Positions 1 through 10,080 of a DNA stretch of 54,056 bases are shown one piece after another. The translations under genes were made by a program, and so were the position numbers. Numbering within the stretch: the stretch's first letter is position 1; every line of letters begins with the position of its first letter. The DNA is from a virus (taxonomy: Duplodnaviria; Caudoviricetes). A model generated the notes under the pieces. It searched no databases. It saw only the letters and a program-made list of their open reading frames with translations, and was not told where the DNA came from. The DNA is taken from positions 1-54,056 of the IMG/VR virus record IMGVR_UViG_3300028045_000020. One strand, 5' to 3'.

Positions 1-1254
1 ATAGGTTGCATTATTAGTAGCCCCAAGAAGATTGGTTAAGCACCCGCAAAGCTTTTCATTAAAATCTTGGGTTTCAGTTGTTTGTTTTGCGTAGTTAATG
101 TTCTCACTTCCTACAGCTTGGTAAGTAACATGGATATCACGCAACGATAGATTGTCCTCTTCGTTCAGACTATCCGGAACGGCAACTAAAAAAAGTTCAC
201 TAACTGCAGTTCGCACGACGGCATAATGTTCATCGATGAACGCGTCTGGAAGTGGGAGAGTATCTTTTGCTGCCAACGGCATTCTGCTACCATCAACTAT
301 TCCAGGAAAAATAGTCGAGGCTCCTACTATTGCCGTGTTGTCCCACATAGGAATTAGATAGAACTGAGCTACCGTAAACAAGTCCGGAAACAGTCCCTGC
401 CAAACCCATTTGTCCACTTCTGGGGTAGCTTCCAGATATTCTTTTATCGCCAGTCGGCATGTCTGAGAACTTGGGGAGGATCCTTTGTAAAAGATACCAA
501 ATGTCAAGTAGTGATGTGAGGCTAGTTTGCTGTTTACATATCTGGTTTGGAATTGCGCATAGCCGCTGTGGTCGTTTGAGCCTATGTTGCTGTTTAATAC
601 TGGGGCCATAAAATCAGCAGTCTCTTTAATCGCTTCTACCACCGTGCTATAATCGAGGTCTACGAGATCAATTGGCTTTGCTGGCGGAACAACTGCAGTC
701 ACTGTACAGTGAGGATAGCTAAGGAAAAAAGATTCTCTGCTGAGCCATAAATAAAAATCTTCCCTAAGTCCCTCTAGCATTACTCCAAATTTAATCCACG
801 TAGGGATCGCAACATCGACCGTAGACATATCTTCTAAGGTTACGGGTATTGGAGTAGTGACTGCGGAGATCGTAAGAGACTCGGCGACATAAATTCCATA
901 GGTAGCGATGTCAGAAATGAAAGTATTATTTAGTTCATTTGTGGTATGCTCACTCGACAGGCAGGCCTTCTCCACTATATTCTGAAATTTTTGCCAGTCT
1001 TCCTCTGGTACCCCGTCGAACAAGGCATCGTGCGAGAATCTATTTTTATCCAATTGAACTGCTATTCTTCCAAGAGCACGTTGGGATAAAATAGATAGCC
1101 GAAATGTTCGGGTGTCGTTGATTGAGACACGGTCTATAAAATAATTAGCCATCGCGTCATCGAAGTAACCACTTCCCTGATCCATTTCCCCAATATCAGT
1201 TAAATGGGTACGCAGGCGCTGCAGACTTTCGTCCGCTATGAATCCATAATGCAT
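1..1254 (-). CDS. Probable virion structural protein, 3' end runs off the window (not in the ORF track)
   Basis: Manual translation: ATG at 1254 after a GGAGGA RBS (1261-1266). The portions read (MHYGFIADESLQRLRTHL... and ...LFPDLFTVAQFYLIPMWD... to base 1) share one frame with no stops. The motif pattern recalls phiKZ-like virion proteins; function is inferred. Confidence 0.7.
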   Translation of the reverse strand, partial: MHYGFIADESLQRLRTHLTDIGEMDQGSGYFDDAMANYFIDRVSINDTRTFRLSILSQRALGRIAVQLDKNRFSHDALFDGVPEEDWQKFQNIVEKACLSSEHTTNELNNTFISDIATYGIYVAESLTISAVTTPIPVTLEDMSTVDVAIPTWIKFGVMLEGLREDFYLWLSRESFFLSYPHCTVTAVVPPAKPIDLVDLDYSTVVEAIKETADFMAPVLNSNIGSNDHSGYAQFQTRYVNSKLASHHYLTFGIFYKGSSPSSQTCRLAIKEYLEATPEVDKWVWQGLFPDLFTVAQFYLIPMWDNTAIVGASTIFPGIVDGSRMPLAAKDTLPLPDAFIDEHYAVVRTAVSELFLVAVPDSLNEEDNLSLRDIHVTYQAVGSENINYAKQTTETQDFNEKLCGCLTNLLGATNNATY

Positions 1255-1389
1255 ATCGTTTCCTCCGATATAAATTTATTTGTTAGACAACAGGTACTAC
1301 GACCTCTGTTTTTAATTTTAATGATGGCAAGTGTTAGCTATAAGATGTTGACTAAAGGATAAAAAAAATATTACTATGTAGCGATGGTA

Positions 1390-1605
1390 AGTGTGGCCTA
1401 CTCCATACTGGGAGATACGGAGTAGGCCGAAATATTTACTGAAGCCTAAGGGTTTTACCTCAGTAAACGATGCGACGACATCAGGTCATGATCCCACACG
1501 CCGTCTTCCGTCTACCAAGTACTTAAACCCAAGCATGCTATCGGATTATTGGAGACGGGGCTACGATTGTATTGTCGCGTAATTTGTAAAATAGCTTACA
1601 TGACA
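1390..1605 (-). ncRNA. Candidate structured non-coding RNA (or long structured leader)
   Basis: Lies just downstream of a promoter-like motif (1611-1621), with no minus-strand ORF >=60 aa. Stems: 1395-1404/1419-1428, 1435-1444/1458-1467, 1508-1517/1550-1558 (inner 1526-1532/1541-1547) and 1472-1476/1574-1578. Plus-strand A-C mismatches become G-U pairs on the minus strand. Confidence 0.5.
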
Positions 1606-1610
1606 CAATG

Positions 1611-1621
1611 ATAATATATAC
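1611..1621 (-). promoter_or_regulatory. Putative phage RNAP promoter motif (GTATATATTAT)
   Basis: 1-mismatch copy of the recurrent intergenic motif ATATATATTAT; resembles the phiKZ early promoter TATATTAC. Confidence 0.55.
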
Positions 1622-1648
1622 ATAAAAAATAATGAAAATCATGAGCGG

Positions 1649-1687
1649 GTATATACAGCAGGGTGGCGGCCACCCTGCTGTATACTA
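1649..1687. terminator. Perfect 18-bp hairpin downstream of the helicase
   Basis: GTATATACAGCAGGGTGG-cgg-CCACCCTGCTGTATATAC, 7 nt after the helicase stop. Confidence 0.7.
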
Positions 1688-1694
1688 CAGTCCG

Positions 1695-3176
1695 CTAATA
1701 TAAGGTACGCTCCTCATAAGTACGAGCCAACGGACTTATTAGCATACTTCGTAGTTTTCGATGTCGTTGATGTGAGGCTACAGCAACATTGCACATATCT
1801 ATAAACTCTGGCGTGTCGCCATTAGGAAGCTTTCGCAGTCTTCCTAATATTTGTTTAATAAGGGCTTCGCTCTTCGTGGATACAGTAGATATAACTGTTC
1901 GTAGATTAGATATATCTCTGCCGGTACCAGCAGAAGTTGGAGTAGATACAATTATGTCTACCCCATCGGCATAGTTATCATCAGGATCCACGGCAGTGTA
2001 CGGTTTTATTACAAGATTTGGATGTTGTATGGATAATTGTTCGACTAAAAGTTTAACTGATTTAATCTTACTAACCAATATAAGTAATTTTTGGTTAGTG
2101 GTTCTTATGCTTAAGTAATGATTGCGCACCATTGGATAAACAGTTAGTTCTAAGAACTTATCCCTTATATCATCCCTGCAATGCAAGACGACTTCTTCGT
2201 ATTTCCTATGATCGTACCCATGCGGACCAGTAACGTCCTGCTCCCTAATGTCGAGTCGATATAAAAAGCATCGAATATCTACGTATCTATCATAGTCGCG
2301 TGCGCCGTATCGTTTTACTTTTGGAAACACTTCATCAAATATAGCAAGCGTGCTCTTATCTGAATTAGTATAGGTTGCCGATAAATAAATATTGTGCTCG
2401 ATGTGTGATCTAAGATCTAACTGGGAAATAAAGTGAAAGTGCGTGTGGCATTCGTCGTTTACCTTGACTCCGATTCCATATTGCTCTAGGAACTCTCGAT
2501 AAGTGATCGGATAATCTCCAGTATTGCTTCTTACATACGCCCTTATAGTCGCCAATGAAGCTATAAAGACTTTCGGTCTTATCTCGGGATCGGCAAATAA
2601 GGTTAAGAATGACTTTTGACCACGTAACACCCAAATGTCAGTTTCCTGTATGTCGGTTAGTTTAAGGAATTCTCTTTTCCACTGTTCTACCAGCCCTGCG
2701 GTAACTATCATAGACACCATATTATGGCGTGTTATAGTTTTTATAGCCACCATTGTTTTTCCTACGCCAGTTTGTAACCCTATGGTCCTAACATGTCCTC
2801 CGTTCGGATCTATCAAATGTTTTAGGGCCCCAAGTTGTGCAGGCCGATCGACCCATTGTGGCTGCATACTGATATGTACTAGTCTGCCGACCACATTCTT
2901 TCCAAATTTTACTATAACATCGAATTCGTACTTCTGTAACTCTTTTAATAACGGCTCGGTAAAATTAATAGGTATAAGTAAAGATTTACTAAGCCTATCA
3001 TAGCTGTGATACTCTCTATTTGGAACGAATCTCCGATACCTTTTATTATAGCAGACAGAAGTAAGATTACTCTTTAAAAATTTACGCACGACTGTTGCTT
3101 GATACCCAAACACATCTCTGATTAAGATTGCTGCATGTGTCGAATACTTTGTTATAGTTATAGATTCCCCACCCAT
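1695..3176 (-). CDS. SF2 (DExH, UvsW/Rad25-like) helicase, phiKZ gp75-like
   Basis: Walker A QTGVGKT, DECH, LSAT, GTGRDI and QILGRLR motifs; follows the beta'-C gene as in phiKZ. Confidence 0.92.
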   Translation of the reverse strand: MGGESITITKYSTHAAILIRDVFGYQATVVRKFLKSNLTSVCYNKRYRRFVPNREYHSYDRLSKSLLIPINFTEPLLKELQKYEFDVIVKFGKNVVGRLVHISMQPQWVDRPAQLGALKHLIDPNGGHVRTIGLQTGVGKTMVAIKTITRHNMVSMIVTAGLVEQWKREFLKLTDIQETDIWVLRGQKSFLTLFADPEIRPKVFIASLATIRAYVRSNTGDYPITYREFLEQYGIGVKVNDECHTHFHFISQLDLRSHIEHNIYLSATYTNSDKSTLAIFDEVFPKVKRYGARDYDRYVDIRCFLYRLDIREQDVTGPHGYDHRKYEEVVLHCRDDIRDKFLELTVYPMVRNHYLSIRTTNQKLLILVSKIKSVKLLVEQLSIQHPNLVIKPYTAVDPDDNYADGVDIIVSTPTSAGTGRDISNLRTVISTVSTKSEALIKQILGRLRKLPNGDTPEFIDMCNVAVASHQRHRKLRSMLISPLARTYEERTLY

Positions 3177-3219
3177 CCGTTTCTACCCCCCTCCCGTAGT
3201 GACTTCAAAATCAGATATG

Positions 3220-3251
3220 CGTGCGATGTTGCGAAAATGCAACATCGCACG
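3220..3251. terminator. 13-bp hairpin after the RNAP beta'-C gene
   Basis: CGTGCGATGTTGC-gaaaat-GCAACATCGCACG. Confidence 0.6.
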
Positions 3252-3256
3252 TAGGA

Positions 3257-5218
3257 CTAGTCAAGTCCTATATAATTATCAAACATGCCAGGACTCTTTG
3301 GTATATTAAATGTAGCTGTCTCCGAGAAATATTTATTAATTAGTTCAAATGCAATTTTTGCTGATACCTCCCTGTTCGTAATGACTTCGCGTATAGTCTT
3401 ACATTTAAGATTCTCTATATCTGTTATTGCCGGTATCCTGTAATCATCCTCTTCCTCTATAAGAAAAGCCCTTACTACTATTTCCACATAAAATAAATTG
3501 ACTGAGGCCTTTTCATACAACAATTCTGTTAGCTCCCGCATCAACGTTGGTAATGACTTATACTTCTTTATCTTAGTATCGAAGAATGTAGCAACGCGCC
3601 TAGTGAACGCGACCATATCGTCGTTAAATGCTGAAAAATTGATAAGTGGTTTAGAGAAATCATATCCAGATAATGGAATAACATACCTGTCATTCTCCAC
3701 CGGTATCTCGTCTATTCGTAATGTTATATAAGACAACATAAAAGAGGATAGATACAAACGAAATTCTCCTGGAGCTAGTTCTATTTGCTCCACTAACGTT
3801 CCATCCAAGCGTCGCAACTCGAAGTGTTGGATCTCACTAAATGTTTCTGGCATGACGGCATCCACAAACTCTAAATCACGGAGGGAGTATGCTCCTTCTA
3901 CTGGAATATGCAGGTAATACTTTTTCAGTTCTGCCCATTTTTTCTTTTTCCAAGTAATATTTAATGGTGTTTTGACCAAATAAGTTTTGCTTCCTTCGGG
4001 CAAGGAATAATCCTTGGTTTTAGTTGCAATAAGATGCTTAGCGCTAAGGATCATTTGCGATATAATCCTCCCAACCTCGGTAGCAGCACGTATACCCACA
4101 TGTTGTCCCGGCGGCGTAAAGGCAGTCACTAAACTTATGTCGAAGACGTGATTATATTCGTCCCCAATCGCTCTGCCGGCACATGCTTCGCACACGCCAT
4201 CCGAATGCCGACAACCAAATGCTGATACCATATTCACAGTCTTTCCGATGTACGTATTCATGTTACGCTCATCTAATACTATTCGTTTCCCTTCCTCATC
4301 TATAACCTTATTCATAGCATTCTTGGCTAATGCTGGTGTTAGTTCGATCGGATAAGTTAAATTCCCGCCACAGTCTCCCGGGTGGAGATACCGCATGGCG
4401 GCAGTCACTAGTCGCAGTCTTCTTGCAAAATACTGCGCGTCCTTAATGATAGTCTTGGCGTATAGGTTAGACTTCTTCGAGCCTAACCCTTCTACCGCAT
4501 ACTCCACTATATTTTTTAACCCTGAAATATTAGAGGAGTTAACCACGGCACTCATCATGTTATCGTCGGTATCAGCACGGCAACCAAATCGCATGAGTAC
4601 CTGCGGAATTTGATTAAGTTTTAACTGCCCGGTTTCCATAAAATCAAGCAATACGTTATCTTTCACTGCCCCAGGCGTGGACAGTAGCTTAATGAACCGG
4701 GCTGCCTGAGCAGTAATAATTTCCTCAGCCTTTTCTGTTCCGATGGAGCTATCCACATCGGCATCAGTAAGTTCTTTTAGCTTCGGATCTCTCAGCATCT
4801 TACATAGCCCTAGTATAGATATAGCCTTTGCGTATGACCGGCACCATCGGGTAGAGAAGTTACTAAAGTCAGATACATTATCGGCCAAAGCTTTTAGACA
4901 CTCTGGTTGGGTAAGTCCGGAAACTTTTAGCAGCTTAAGATACATTTTAGTATGTATAGTGGCCAATGCGTTATCCGTCATAGTAGGCACCTCAATGACA
5001 TCCTCAAGTCCCGGCACAATCTCTAACCTAAAGTATACCTGCCACGCAACTATATTGAAGATAGCATGCCTTGCGGGTAAAGTCACTTCTCCGTCGATCA
5101 GTTGTAACACCATCAGTCCGGTATCTTCTCTGGCACGCATGGTATTGTATACGAAGTTGGGATCAGATATTTCCAACAGACTTCTGATTCGGATCAGCGG
5201 ATCGCGATTCTTATTCAT
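3257..5218 (-). CDS. Non-virion RNA polymerase beta' C-terminal subunit (phiKZ gp74-like)
   Basis: Bridge-helix-like YFARRL, Zn ligands DCG...CRHSDGVCEAC, trigger-loop-like SQMILSAKH. Start moved from 5269 to the ATG at 5218 because of an AGGAG RBS. Confidence 0.88.
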   Translation of the reverse strand: MNKNRDPLIRIRSLLEISDPNFVYNTMRAREDTGLMVLQLIDGEVTLPARHAIFNIVAWQVYFRLEIVPGLEDVIEVPTMTDNALATIHTKMYLKLLKVSGLTQPECLKALADNVSDFSNFSTRWCRSYAKAISILGLCKMLRDPKLKELTDADVDSSIGTEKAEEIITAQAARFIKLLSTPGAVKDNVLLDFMETGQLKLNQIPQVLMRFGCRADTDDNMMSAVVNSSNISGLKNIVEYAVEGLGSKKSNLYAKTIIKDAQYFARRLRLVTAAMRYLHPGDCGGNLTYPIELTPALAKNAMNKVIDEEGKRIVLDERNMNTYIGKTVNMVSAFGCRHSDGVCEACAGRAIGDEYNHVFDISLVTAFTPPGQHVGIRAATEVGRIISQMILSAKHLIATKTKDYSLPEGSKTYLVKTPLNITWKKKKWAELKKYYLHIPVEGAYSLRDLEFVDAVMPETFSEIQHFELRRLDGTLVEQIELAPGEFRLYLSSFMLSYITLRIDEIPVENDRYVIPLSGYDFSKPLINFSAFNDDMVAFTRRVATFFDTKIKKYKSLPTLMRELTELLYEKASVNLFYVEIVVRAFLIEEEDDYRIPAITDIENLKCKTIREVITNREVSAKIAFELINKYFSETATFNIPKSPGMFDNYIGLD

Positions 5219-5283
5219 AAAGTTCTCCTGAGTTCTTATTGCGTTGTAGTACGGCCACTTCCCGCACATAGTTAAACTTATTA

Positions 5284-7386
5284 CTATGCCTTTGTTAGCT
5301 TGGCCATAACCGTAGAAATTTTTATTCCCACTGCCCCAAGTAGTTGCTTGAGTATTCCAATATTATTACTGCTGTCCCGCATTTCTTTTGTTGTCATAGA
5401 CAACTGATCTATCTGTGTTGGGTTAATGTCTGTTAACAATCTATACTGTAACTTATCTATGGCCTGCGGACAATTGGCATGAGTTGCCATAAGTCGTTGC
5501 ACTACGTCGGTATCCTTGCTCATAGAAAGCACTGATACTTCGTCCTCTCCTATACGTTGTGGAGTTTGTTTATGTGGATGTTGACTCTTCAAGTCCCGAG
5601 ACTTCACTTTCATTGGAGAATAAAATTGGGATACGTACCCAGACGAGATTGAGCTGAGCTGATCCAACGGAACCTTCCCAAGTAAATATATGAGCTTGCT
5701 TCCTATCATTGCTGGATACTTGGTAGTTATCTCCACTGGCCCATCGCGAAATACTTTAGTGAATGTAACTGGCGACTCACCAATGTCAAATTCCCTCTCC
5801 AGCTCTTCGACCAACTGCTCTGATAGCGTTTTAAGAAATGGCGGAATCACCAGATAAATACCGTATTTCCTTACCGCCTCAAGAAGTTCTTGTTTATCTT
5901 TAGTATTACGTTTTACTATAACGGCATACTCTGGATTTATCATATCTATAAATCGCATTATTTCTTTCCATGCTTCGTCGTCATTACCCAACAGTCCGCT
6001 CGACAGTCGTTGTTTAAACAGTTCTGAACCACGAGTTATGAATTGCGAGTACCATTGTCCAACGTTCATTCGGTTAAACGGTCCAGTCGGTCCGGCAATA
6101 ATCTCTGCTACAAAATTTTGTTGGTCCTTTGGCATATACGCATCTGGCCATACCTCACTTATAACTCCCTTAGCCCCTTCTGGTCCAGTCAATTTATCCC
6201 CAGGGCCAACGCTTCTCTCGTACTTATACGTTATGGATAAATGAAAATTATTTATGGCTTCTCCCCCCTTACTGGTTAACGTTATTCGTTCCCCTTTAGG
6301 AGTTTTGGATACTCGTCCAAGACAACGAGTAACGAGGTCACTAAATCTATCACTTATTTCGCGATCACTGTGTTTGACTTCTTGGTAAGTTTTATGAATC
6401 TCTTCGTAGTACGAAGAATGTTGTTCTTGGTATTTTTGTAGCTGTTTAAAAATATCACCTTCTCGTTTTATCTGATTATACCTACTGCCATTCACAAAAA
6501 TCTGAATGTCTATAATCTCCGCTCCGGGATGGGCCTGTTGGTACAGGATATCATGGGAGTAATTCGGGTGAGATAATTCTTCCCAAGATAGATCAATGCC
6601 GTACTGACTATCTTTCATAGAACGAAAACCACATACTATCCCGTCCTCGCCTATATGTTCTCCGACGTCTGGCCATATTTTGAAGTTCTTATCATCCCCG
6701 TATAGGTTCAATGGAATGTGCTCCTTAGGAACGTTTATCTCCAAGGATTTTATGCCGGTATGTTTGAGTTTCTCTGCAAATCCTTCACTTATAACGACCG
6801 CATCCGCAGTCGTCTCTTCCATTGGTAGATACACTATGTTGGCGTTTAGCCCCTGGCAATACATGTTACCGGATTTATTTGGAGTTGAAACAAGCTCTAT
6901 GTCTTTTCCTATAAGATCCATTCCCCTAGGTACATTATGTATGGTATTCATATAACCAAATCCATCATGCCCCTGCCTGTAAGATGTTATATCAAAATAA
7001 TCCACTATTCCATCCTCGAGCCCAAGAAAGATAATAGTTGTAGTTGGGTTAACCTTAATATGATCAATACCAATTCCTACTTTAAACTTGGGAATGGCGG
7101 CAAGTACTTGAATATTCTGCAGTCGCTTGGTCTCATCGAATTGATAGTTCCCAAACAATGTTTCCGCGCCAGTAAGTATCCGTGACAGTTCTGCCCCATT
7201 CACCAATACCGCTTGTTTGATATGGCTAGTCTGGAACATAGTTGCTCTCTGCGAGGAAGTAAAAGCCGCAAAACTCATCAGCTGCGCCTCAAGTCCAAGC
7301 GCCCTTAAATCAACCGCTAAATTTTGACAAAACTCCGAGAGGCCTGGATACCGCAGTGGCTCTTTTTGGTTTTTTGCTGACTGCAT
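5284..7386 (-). CDS. Non-virion RNA polymerase beta C-terminal subunit (phiKZ gp71-73-like), uninterrupted
   Basis: RpoB-type motifs SSQRATM, DAVVISE, GDKLTGPEGAKG, RMNVGQ and QRIGEDE; AAGGAG RBS. Confidence 0.92.
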   Translation of the reverse strand: MQSAKNQKEPLRYPGLSEFCQNLAVDLRALGLEAQLMSFAAFTSSQRATMFQTSHIKQAVLVNGAELSRILTGAETLFGNYQFDETKRLQNIQVLAAIPKFKVGIGIDHIKVNPTTTIIFLGLEDGIVDYFDITSYRQGHDGFGYMNTIHNVPRGMDLIGKDIELVSTPNKSGNMYCQGLNANIVYLPMEETTADAVVISEGFAEKLKHTGIKSLEINVPKEHIPLNLYGDDKNFKIWPDVGEHIGEDGIVCGFRSMKDSQYGIDLSWEELSHPNYSHDILYQQAHPGAEIIDIQIFVNGSRYNQIKREGDIFKQLQKYQEQHSSYYEEIHKTYQEVKHSDREISDRFSDLVTRCLGRVSKTPKGERITLTSKGGEAINNFHLSITYKYERSVGPGDKLTGPEGAKGVISEVWPDAYMPKDQQNFVAEIIAGPTGPFNRMNVGQWYSQFITRGSELFKQRLSSGLLGNDDEAWKEIMRFIDMINPEYAVIVKRNTKDKQELLEAVRKYGIYLVIPPFLKTLSEQLVEELEREFDIGESPVTFTKVFRDGPVEITTKYPAMIGSKLIYLLGKVPLDQLSSISSGYVSQFYSPMKVKSRDLKSQHPHKQTPQRIGEDEVSVLSMSKDTDVVQRLMATHANCPQAIDKLQYRLLTDINPTQIDQLSMTTKEMRDSSNNIGILKQLLGAVGIKISTVMAKLTKA

Positions 7387-7437
7387 GTCACTTCTCCTTT
7401 ATATCTGAATTTTATAATTAATAACCTCATCAGTTAA

Positions 7438-7448
7438 ATAATATATAT
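7438..7448 (-). promoter_or_regulatory. Putative phage promoter ATATATATTAT
   Basis: Exact motif ~52 nt upstream of the beta-C start. Confidence 0.65.
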
Positions 7449-7571
7449 TTGTATTTACTATGGTGGATTCTCCCGCACGGTCACTTGCTTATCGCTAATC
7501 AGGATAGTAATATTTAATCCGATCTTATGAAAATAGTATACGTATATAAACATCCCCCTAAGGAGTACCTC

Positions 7572-7919
7572 ATGAAAAAGCTTACAGATAAAAATAATGA
7601 ACTAATTACACGTTGGGATAACCTAGATCACGTATGGAGAACGATGGTACATGATCATCGTTCCTTCTTACTCGCTGGGGCTACGACATTTATTATCTCT
7701 GACGGAGAGCAGCAAAGATACATGTATCGCATCAGTGATTACCTAAAGAGTAAAGGAAAAGATGCCGGCCTGACCTGGATAATTATTTGGTTAAACCAAA
7801 TAGGCTCCACTAAAAATTTTGTCAACGTCGCTGAACTACTCGTCCCAGATAGTAATCGATTGCAGGAACTATATAAAAAGTATACCACTGCAGTAAAGTT
7901 AGAAAAAAATCTACACTAA
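7572..7919 (+). CDS. Hypothetical protein
   Basis: ORF 7527..7919; AAGGAG RBS favours the ATG at 7572. Converges on, and overlaps by 9 nt, the next gene. Confidence 0.7.
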   Translation: MKKLTDKNNELITRWDNLDHVWRTMVHDHRSFLLAGATTFIISDGEQQRYMYRISDYLKSKGKDAGLTWIIIWLNQIGSTKNFVNVAELLVPDSNRLQELYKKYTTAVKLEKNLH

Positions 7920-8390
7920 AAACATTTTTTTCTGGTACTCGGATTGTAGGAATGGAGAGATCCACATCGGCGGGAACCTATCTATGATGGTACTCAGTTC
8001 TTCGGGCTTAAAGAAATACACGTCTATCAGACTATTATAGACTCGTCCCTTTATCACAGATAGGATCTTTGGATCAATTGCGATCTCTACGTCAATCATG
8101 AGTCGCGTTAGCCTGACAATAAATCTATCGTTGGGATCAGTTCCTTCGACTAAATTAGCCAAGAAATGCGTAACGCCTACTTCGGAATCTAACGCGTGTA
8201 AATTAAAAGTAGCAAAATTGTGAAATAACTTATCCACTGGTTTGTCAGAATTGCGCACAAACTTGATCTCCATATCCACAAATTCTCGGCACAGCATACG
8301 AAGCTTTTTAATTTCTTTATCATACAGCTCTATAGGTGCTTCCTTCTCAAAATGGTACTTTCCGATTTTGTAACGTTTTTTAAAGAACAT
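7911..8390 (-). CDS. Hypothetical protein
   Basis: 159-aa ORF, 9 nt downstream of 8400..9023, with an AGGGA RBS. Confidence 0.75.
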   Translation of the reverse strand: MFFKKRYKIGKYHFEKEAPIELYDKEIKKLRMLCREFVDMEIKFVRNSDKPVDKLFHNFATFNLHALDSEVGVTHFLANLVEGTDPNDRFIVRLTRLMIDVEIAIDPKILSVIKGRVYNSLIDVYFFKPEELSTIIDRFPPMWISPFLQSEYQKKMFLV

Positions 8391-8399
8391 ACATATCCC

Positions 8400-9023
8400 T
8401 TATTTTACCTTTGTTGGTGTTGCGGCTCCGGTATAAGCTCCGTGCGATCCCGGTAATGGGGTCGGCGGAAGCCAGGCCAGTAACCAAGTTATAATTTTTT
8501 TTGCCATAATTTCATATATAGCATCTCCTGCCGATTCCCGCATGGTCGCCCATGTACCATTATAAAACAGATACGCTTCCAACTCGATGCTATTGTAGTA
8601 ATAATCCATGTCGGTAGTGCCGGCAGGATGAGCCTCTAGTACGCCTAGGTCCGAGCCCACAGTTGGAGATAGATCAAGGCCTGGAGGTATCGCTAGCGGG
8701 GCAGGAGTTGTGGTTGCGGTAATTGTTCGATACATCGCAGCAGCCATCCCTACCTCTATGGCTGTTGATAGCACCTTACCAGAGGCTACTGGATCTACAG
8801 TCCCAGTTCCGTTGGGAAATATTATTGCAACGTTTATAAAGTTACCAACGTCTTCAGTCATGGAGTCTGGTATCCCGACCGGATTGAATGCCACCCATGC
8901 GTACTCTATCTCCCAGTTGGCATGGATATAATTAGCTATGGCTACTCCCAATGGAGGCAGTGACGTTGCCCCAAGCATTGCGGTTTTTAAGATGGCTCCC
9001 ATCTCTACATAGTCTAATGCCAT
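8400..9023 (-). CDS. Hypothetical protein, possible spike-associated virion protein
   Basis: AAGGAG RBS; directly follows the spike-like gene; Ala/Pro/Gly-rich. Confidence 0.6.
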   Translation of the reverse strand: MALDYVEMGAILKTAMLGATSLPPLGVAIANYIHANWEIEYAWVAFNPVGIPDSMTEDVGNFINVAIIFPNGTGTVDPVASGKVLSTAIEVGMAAAMYRTITATTTPAPLAIPPGLDLSPTVGSDLGVLEAHPAGTTDMDYYYNSIELEAYLFYNGTWATMRESAGDAIYEIMAKKIITWLLAWLPPTPLPGSHGAYTGAATPTKVK

Positions 9024-9035
9024 ATCGAGTACTCC

Positions 9036-10061
9036 TTATATAACTGTTATGAGTTTTGTTGTGTGCGTAAAGCCGCCAAATGGACATACCAGTATTGAAC
9101 AAAAACCGCCCATACCATCGGGAGGCCCAGGCGCGCCCATGGCGGTACATAGCCCAGTCTTTATCGTGACGTTACCAGTTATATTCGTGTTCGGGGCCGT
9201 CACGTCACACTTCCCCTCAGCATTGATGGCACAATTCGCCGCATTGATCTCGGTGTTGGCGTCCGAATTAATAGTAGTATTTCCTGAAGTGTTGATAGTC
9301 ACCTCAGTCGCATTGATGGTGGCTCCATTCTCGGCATTGATGATGGTGTCCGCGCTGTTGGTAGTTATTGTTGCTACTGCTGTTGCGGTAATATTATCCT
9401 CTTCAATGACGACGCTGCACTCATTTTTATTAGTGATAGCGAACTTACCAGTAGGACTGTAAAGAGTCATGCTATTTGGGCGCACCTCAGAGTTTATTTC
9501 CCTACCAGAAAAAGCTTGGTCTGTTACAGTTACTGTTTTTTCTTCTGGGGAAATAGTAATGGTGTATGCAAACTCTTCTCCGTCCGAACATCCGGTGGAC
9601 ACTTGTATTTTCTTGGACCCAGTCCTTGTGTCCATTTCTACATAATAAGTATTTTCATCCGATGGAACAACTGGCGCTTCTTCTGTTGCTACGTTTGGTT
9701 CGTTCATGACAAATATTTTAATATGTTCCCGACTTCGAAGCTCTACATCCTTTCCCATCTCTAGCCAAAAATATTCATCCATGTTGGCGTACTGATACAC
9801 CCATACCTGCTCTCCCGCCACTACGTCCGGACAGGAACGATTAGTTTTACTTGGGTCTAACCAATCCACAAGTATTGTGTCCGACACGGCTACACGGCTC
9901 GAGTACTCTCCTACAGTAAAAGATTTTTCTTCCGGCTCTGGCACCGGCGTCCCTGTAATACTAGGACTTAGTTCCGGACATAACACTTCTAGTGTAGTGC
10001 CATGAGCATCATCGATCCCTCTAATAACTATTCCAACGTACTGATTCCATTTTTTTGACAC
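9036..10061 (-). CDS. Baseplate central spike (gp5/gpV-like)
   Basis: OB-fold-like PDVVAGEQVWV, beta-helix-type repeats (TIINA/TINAT/TINTS/TINSD/EINAA) and a C-terminal CSILVCPFGGFTH. A GGAGGA RBS supports the GTG at 10061; the track's TTG at 10094 lies inside a hairpin. Confidence 0.72.
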   Translation of the reverse strand: MSKKWNQYVGIVIRGIDDAHGTTLEVLCPELSPSITGTPVPEPEEKSFTVGEYSSRVAVSDTILVDWLDPSKTNRSCPDVVAGEQVWVYQYANMDEYFWLEMGKDVELRSREHIKIFVMNEPNVATEEAPVVPSDENTYYVEMDTRTGSKKIQVSTGCSDGEEFAYTITISPEEKTVTVTDQAFSGREINSEVRPNSMTLYSPTGKFAITNKNECSVVIEEDNITATAVATITTNSADTIINAENGATINATEVTINTSGNTTINSDANTEINAANCAINAEGKCDVTAPNTNITGNVTIKTGLCTAMGAPGPPDGMGGFCSILVCPFGGFTHTTKLITVI

Positions 10062-10080
10062 AACATTTCCTCCAGCAAAA

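Noticed and set aside
1320-1395. Short imperfect direct repeat (GATGGCAAGTGT / GATGGTAAGTGT)
   Set aside because: Only two 12-nt copies; too little to call an operator or array.
1391-1582. 63-aa plus-strand ORF
   Set aside because: GTG start without a convincing RBS; it overlaps a hairpin-rich region whose G-U pattern and upstream motif favour a minus-strand RNA.
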